64,000 nucleotides of DNA, from NCBI RefSeq assembly GCF_963921235.1, contig NC_086101.1:28954001-29018000 (forward strand). Direction: 5' to 3'. Made by a program: the position numbers and the translations under genes. Below are positions 60,471 to 64,000 of this stretch, piece by piece. How positions within the stretch are numbered: position 1 is the stretch's first letter; the number at the start of each line of letters is the position of its first letter. The DNA is from Mobula hypostoma (taxonomy: Eukaryota). The notes beneath the pieces are model-generated. The model saw nothing but the letters and a program-made list of their open reading frames with translations, did no database searches and had not been told where the DNA came from.

Positions 60471-63400
60471 AGTCACAACCACGGATTCGGCAGCACAGTA
60501 GATACGACAATTGCATGTGTGAATTTGCAGGTCAGCTAATTATTATTTAATTGTGACAGTATTCAACTCCATACTTGTTGTTGTAGTGAATGTCAAGACT
60601 TGGACAGAGCACAGCAACGCTTCGCTTTTGTTTTGCATTGGCCTTGCCTGAGAAATTGAACTGTGGAGTCAACTGATCTGAAGACTTGCGGTATTTGTTT
60701 AATAATTAGATGTGCTTTTCAGCCACTGTGTAGACTTTGTTTCCCATTTGAGAGTTTTAGCTAACGGCCCTGTTTGGCTGAGCTTTATTGTTTTATTTTC
60801 CCTTGAACACTGTTCGCATTAAAGTTTTGTGAACTATCGACCCGCTTCAGGGTCTCTCACTCGCACTTGGGCCATATCCAAACCGTGGTGACAGCATGTC
60901 TCGACCACACACAAAGGTGAATCCAGCAGAGAGAGAGCAGCTGACCTTGGCCATGAGATTCATTAGTCAGGTAGGAGACAAGCTACAAGCAATGGAATCT
61001 GTTCTTAGTGAAGTTACGGAGGCAATGAGGCAAATAATCTTGTGCTGACAAACCTAGTCTCACTTGGAGGAACAGGTATTGCCCCAAGCCACAACTGTTC
61101 AACAGCTCACCGCAGACAATCAGACTTAGGTGTCTGCGATTTCCGCACTCACGGCCGCCATCCACGAATGGACTGTGAACAGCCAGCATCAGCTGACAGC
61201 CGTTAACTTCTCGCCAATGCAAGTCAGCAGCCTCAGGCCGCCTCAGTCCCACTCCCAGCATCTTGCAAGTCCCCATTTCCTGCTGCCCCAATAATCTCTG
61301 CTAATAATGCTCCCGCTGCCGGACCAGAGCTGACTCCCACATTCGGACACCCGCATCTGTACAAGAACTGAGTATTTCACCTCTAGGCAGATATTCTGGT
61401 GATCCGGATGGCTGCAGGAATTTCATTTCCCAGTGCGAGCTGACATTCCAAGCCCAGCCTGGTCATTTTGGTGGTGATGCGCGTAAACTGGCGCACATGG
61501 TTAATCTTCTTGATGGACCTCCACTCAGCCTGTTCAACGCTTTACACAAGCAAGGATACTCTGCAGCCCAGTCATATCGACATTTTGTGGCGGAGTCAAG
61601 GAGAGTTTTTGATCTTCCAGTACGGGTCAGGAGGCTGCCCACTGACGCTTGGACCTGTGCCAAGGCAGAGAAACAGTGAGAGCCTATGCAGTTAAATTCC
61701 ATACCTTTGCAGTAGAGACGGGTTGGAATGAGAGATCGCTCATTACTACTTTCCAGCGTGGACTGAACACAGGGGTCTGGCATCAGATCGCCGTCCGGGA
61801 CGAGCAGGATAGTCTGGATGACCTGATTAATCTGGCTATTCAAGATGAAGACCTGGTGACTGAGTAGTGCAGGGAAAGAATGTCTCAAACTGATCACTGT
61901 CTTCCACCACCCTCTCCCCCTCCCTCATCCGATCACTGTCATTCCTCACCCTCTCCCCATCCCTCAGAACCCAGTACCCAGCCCACAGAGGAGCCTATGC
62001 AAATGGGGCACATGTGCCTGTCTCAGGAGGAACGAGAGCGGCGCTGGAGAACAGGTTCTTGCCTCTATTGCGGTGATCCAGGACACTTCCAGGCAGCACG
62101 TTCCAAGTGTCCAGTAAAAGAGAATAGCCGTCAGCAGGGAGGGGAATCCTGATGGGTCGGTCCTCCCTTCGGTCAGCTTTCCCTAATTCTGCAATGCTCG
62201 CAGCTTCCTTGTCATAGAGGTCTGAGACCCATGAACTTAAGGTGTTTATCAACTCTGGCAAAACAGGGAATCTCATGGACATCCCTCTCGCTCAAAGATG
62301 GGAAGTTCCAACTCAGGAATTAAGAGAAAAGATCAACGTCAAGGCGCTGTACAGTCGATCTCGGGGAACCAGCGAGATCCACCTTTTCACCCAACCCCTC
62401 CAACTGGAGCTTGAAGGCAACCATCATGAAGAAATATCTTTCTATCTGGTTGATTCACCTGAACTGCCACTTGGTCTCCCCTGGTTATCCCAATATAATC
62501 CATGGATCGATTGGTCTCTGAAGGTACTCCAAGAGTGGGGACCGGCATGCCTGTCTGAGTCTGGCTCAAGCTCCGCTGCATGAATCCTCTCCTGTCTCAG
62601 CTAAGGATGTGGACCTGTCTGGGATTCTGGATGAATATGCGGATCTTCTTGAGGTTTTCAGTAAAAGAAAGGCCATCACCCTGCCCCACACTGGCCATAG
62701 ACCTCCTACCTGGCACCAGTCCACCCCGGGGCTGGCTCTATTCCCTCTCTCATCCTGAAACGGTGGCCATGGAGGAATACATCAAGGAGGCAATGAGCAT
62801 GGGGTTTATCCGACCGTCAAACTTGCCGGCAGGAAAGGTGGCAAGCTCCGTCCCTGCATCGATTATCAGCCCCTGAACAACATCACTGTGAAGAACCGCT
62901 ACCCTCTTCCCTTGCTGCCCTATGCGTTTGAACATCTCCAGGGAATAACAATAGTTTCCAAAATTGATCTGTGCAATGTTTACAATCTGATTCGCATAAG
63001 AGAAGGGGATGAGTGGAAAATGGCTTTCAGCACCTCTAATGGCCACTATGAGTACCTGGTGATGCCTTTTGATATGGCTAACGCCCCCGCTGTATTCCAG
63101 GCCTTGGTTAACGATATGTTCAAGAACATGTTGAACCAGTGTGTGCTTGTCCATTTAGAAGACAGACTTATCTATTCCCACTCTCATCAGGAGCGCTTCC
63201 AGCATGTCCGGAGAGTACTCAGATGCCTTCTTGAGAATTACCTGTACGCCAAGCCTGAAAAATGCGAATTCCATAAAGACCAGGTGTCGTTTTTGGGATA
63301 TACACCACATACAGTGTTCAAATGGACCCTAGTAAAGTTCAGACAGTTGCAGAATGGCACAAGCCGTCTACAGTCAAACAGGTACGGTGTTTCATGGGGT

Positions 63401-63625
63401 TTGCAAACTTTTATCACCGGTTCATCCAGAATTTTGGCTCTATTGTGGTTCCGAGAAGACCGCGGTAGGATTCCATTGGACGGACGATGCTGATCAAGCA
63501 TTTTCAGAGCTAAAGCGACGTTTCACCACTGCCCTACTGCTGCAATACCCAGACCCATCTCAGCCATTCATTGTTGAGGTTGATGCATTCGAAGTAGGCA
63601 TTGGAGCTGTCCCCTATCTGCACTT
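60471..63625 (+). mobile_element. Ty3/Gypsy (sushi-like) retrotransposon: 5' LTR 60471-60893, gag, protease, RT, start of RNase H; degenerate, 3'-truncated
   Basis: gag ..[83 protein letters not shown]; LTR ends gtcacaaccacgg/ccgtggtgaca. Confidence 0.9.
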
Positions 63626-63634
63626 GTCTGGAAA

Positions 63635-64000
63635 GTTAGTGTAGAAATAGCAGGGGCTCTGACAGAAATGTTTCAAATGTCATTAGAAATGGGGATGGTG
63701 CTGCAGGATTGATGTATTGCTCATGTGGTTCCATTGTTTAAAAAGGGGTCTAAGAGTAAACCTGGCAATTATCTGCCTGTCAGTTTGACATCAGTGGTGG
63801 GTAAATTGATGGAAAGTATTCTTAGAGATGTTATATATAATTATCTGGATAGACAGGGTCTGATTAGGAACAGTCAACATGGATTTGTGCATGGAAGGTC
63901 ATGTTTGACAAATCTTATTGAATTTTTTGATGAAGTTACTAAGAAAATTGACGAGGGTAAAGTGGTGGATGTTGTCTATATGGACTTCAGTAAGGCCTTT
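63635..64000 (+). mobile_element. CR1 RT fragment
   Basis: PLFKKGSKSKPGNY.PVSLTSVVGKLME..QHGF..G.SCLTNLIEFF..VYMDFSKAF. Confidence 0.9.

Noticed and set aside
1-64000. Most 60-130-aa ORFs in the supplied track
   Set aside because: They fall within repeats, often antisense, with no independent coding evidence; no CRISPR array, rRNA or intact tRNA gene was seen

Overview
Eukaryotic, repeat-dense window, probably a cartilaginous fish (inferred from the CR1/Penelope/Deu-SINE repeat set and the MHC-like sequence; not proven). The only host gene I can support is a divergent, non-classical MHC class I-like locus on the minus strand. It has a leader (15818-15764), alpha1 (15623-15375), a probable decayed alpha2 (~15174-15015), alpha3 (10276-10002; first Cys lost and a 1-nt frameshift at its end) and a 113-nt C-terminal exon (7026-6914). 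That exon stops right after a hydrophobic stretch, like a GPI-anchor signal. A paralogous 3' module at 35.1-35.9 kb keeps the same exon length, stop position and downstream intron despite ~35% coding divergence. The rest is mostly transposons: Penelope-like elements with minimal hammerhead ribozymes (a 3.5-kb inverted insertion, a perfect 103-bp-arm hairpin, and ~100-bp solo units), CR1, L1, Rex1-like, Nimb-like, Tx1 and RTE fragments, two Gypsy remnants, MITEs, SINEs, and a solo LTR fused to 43 nt of a mature tRNA-Leu 3' end. Repeat boundaries are approximate unless a TSD is given; everything was done by eye.
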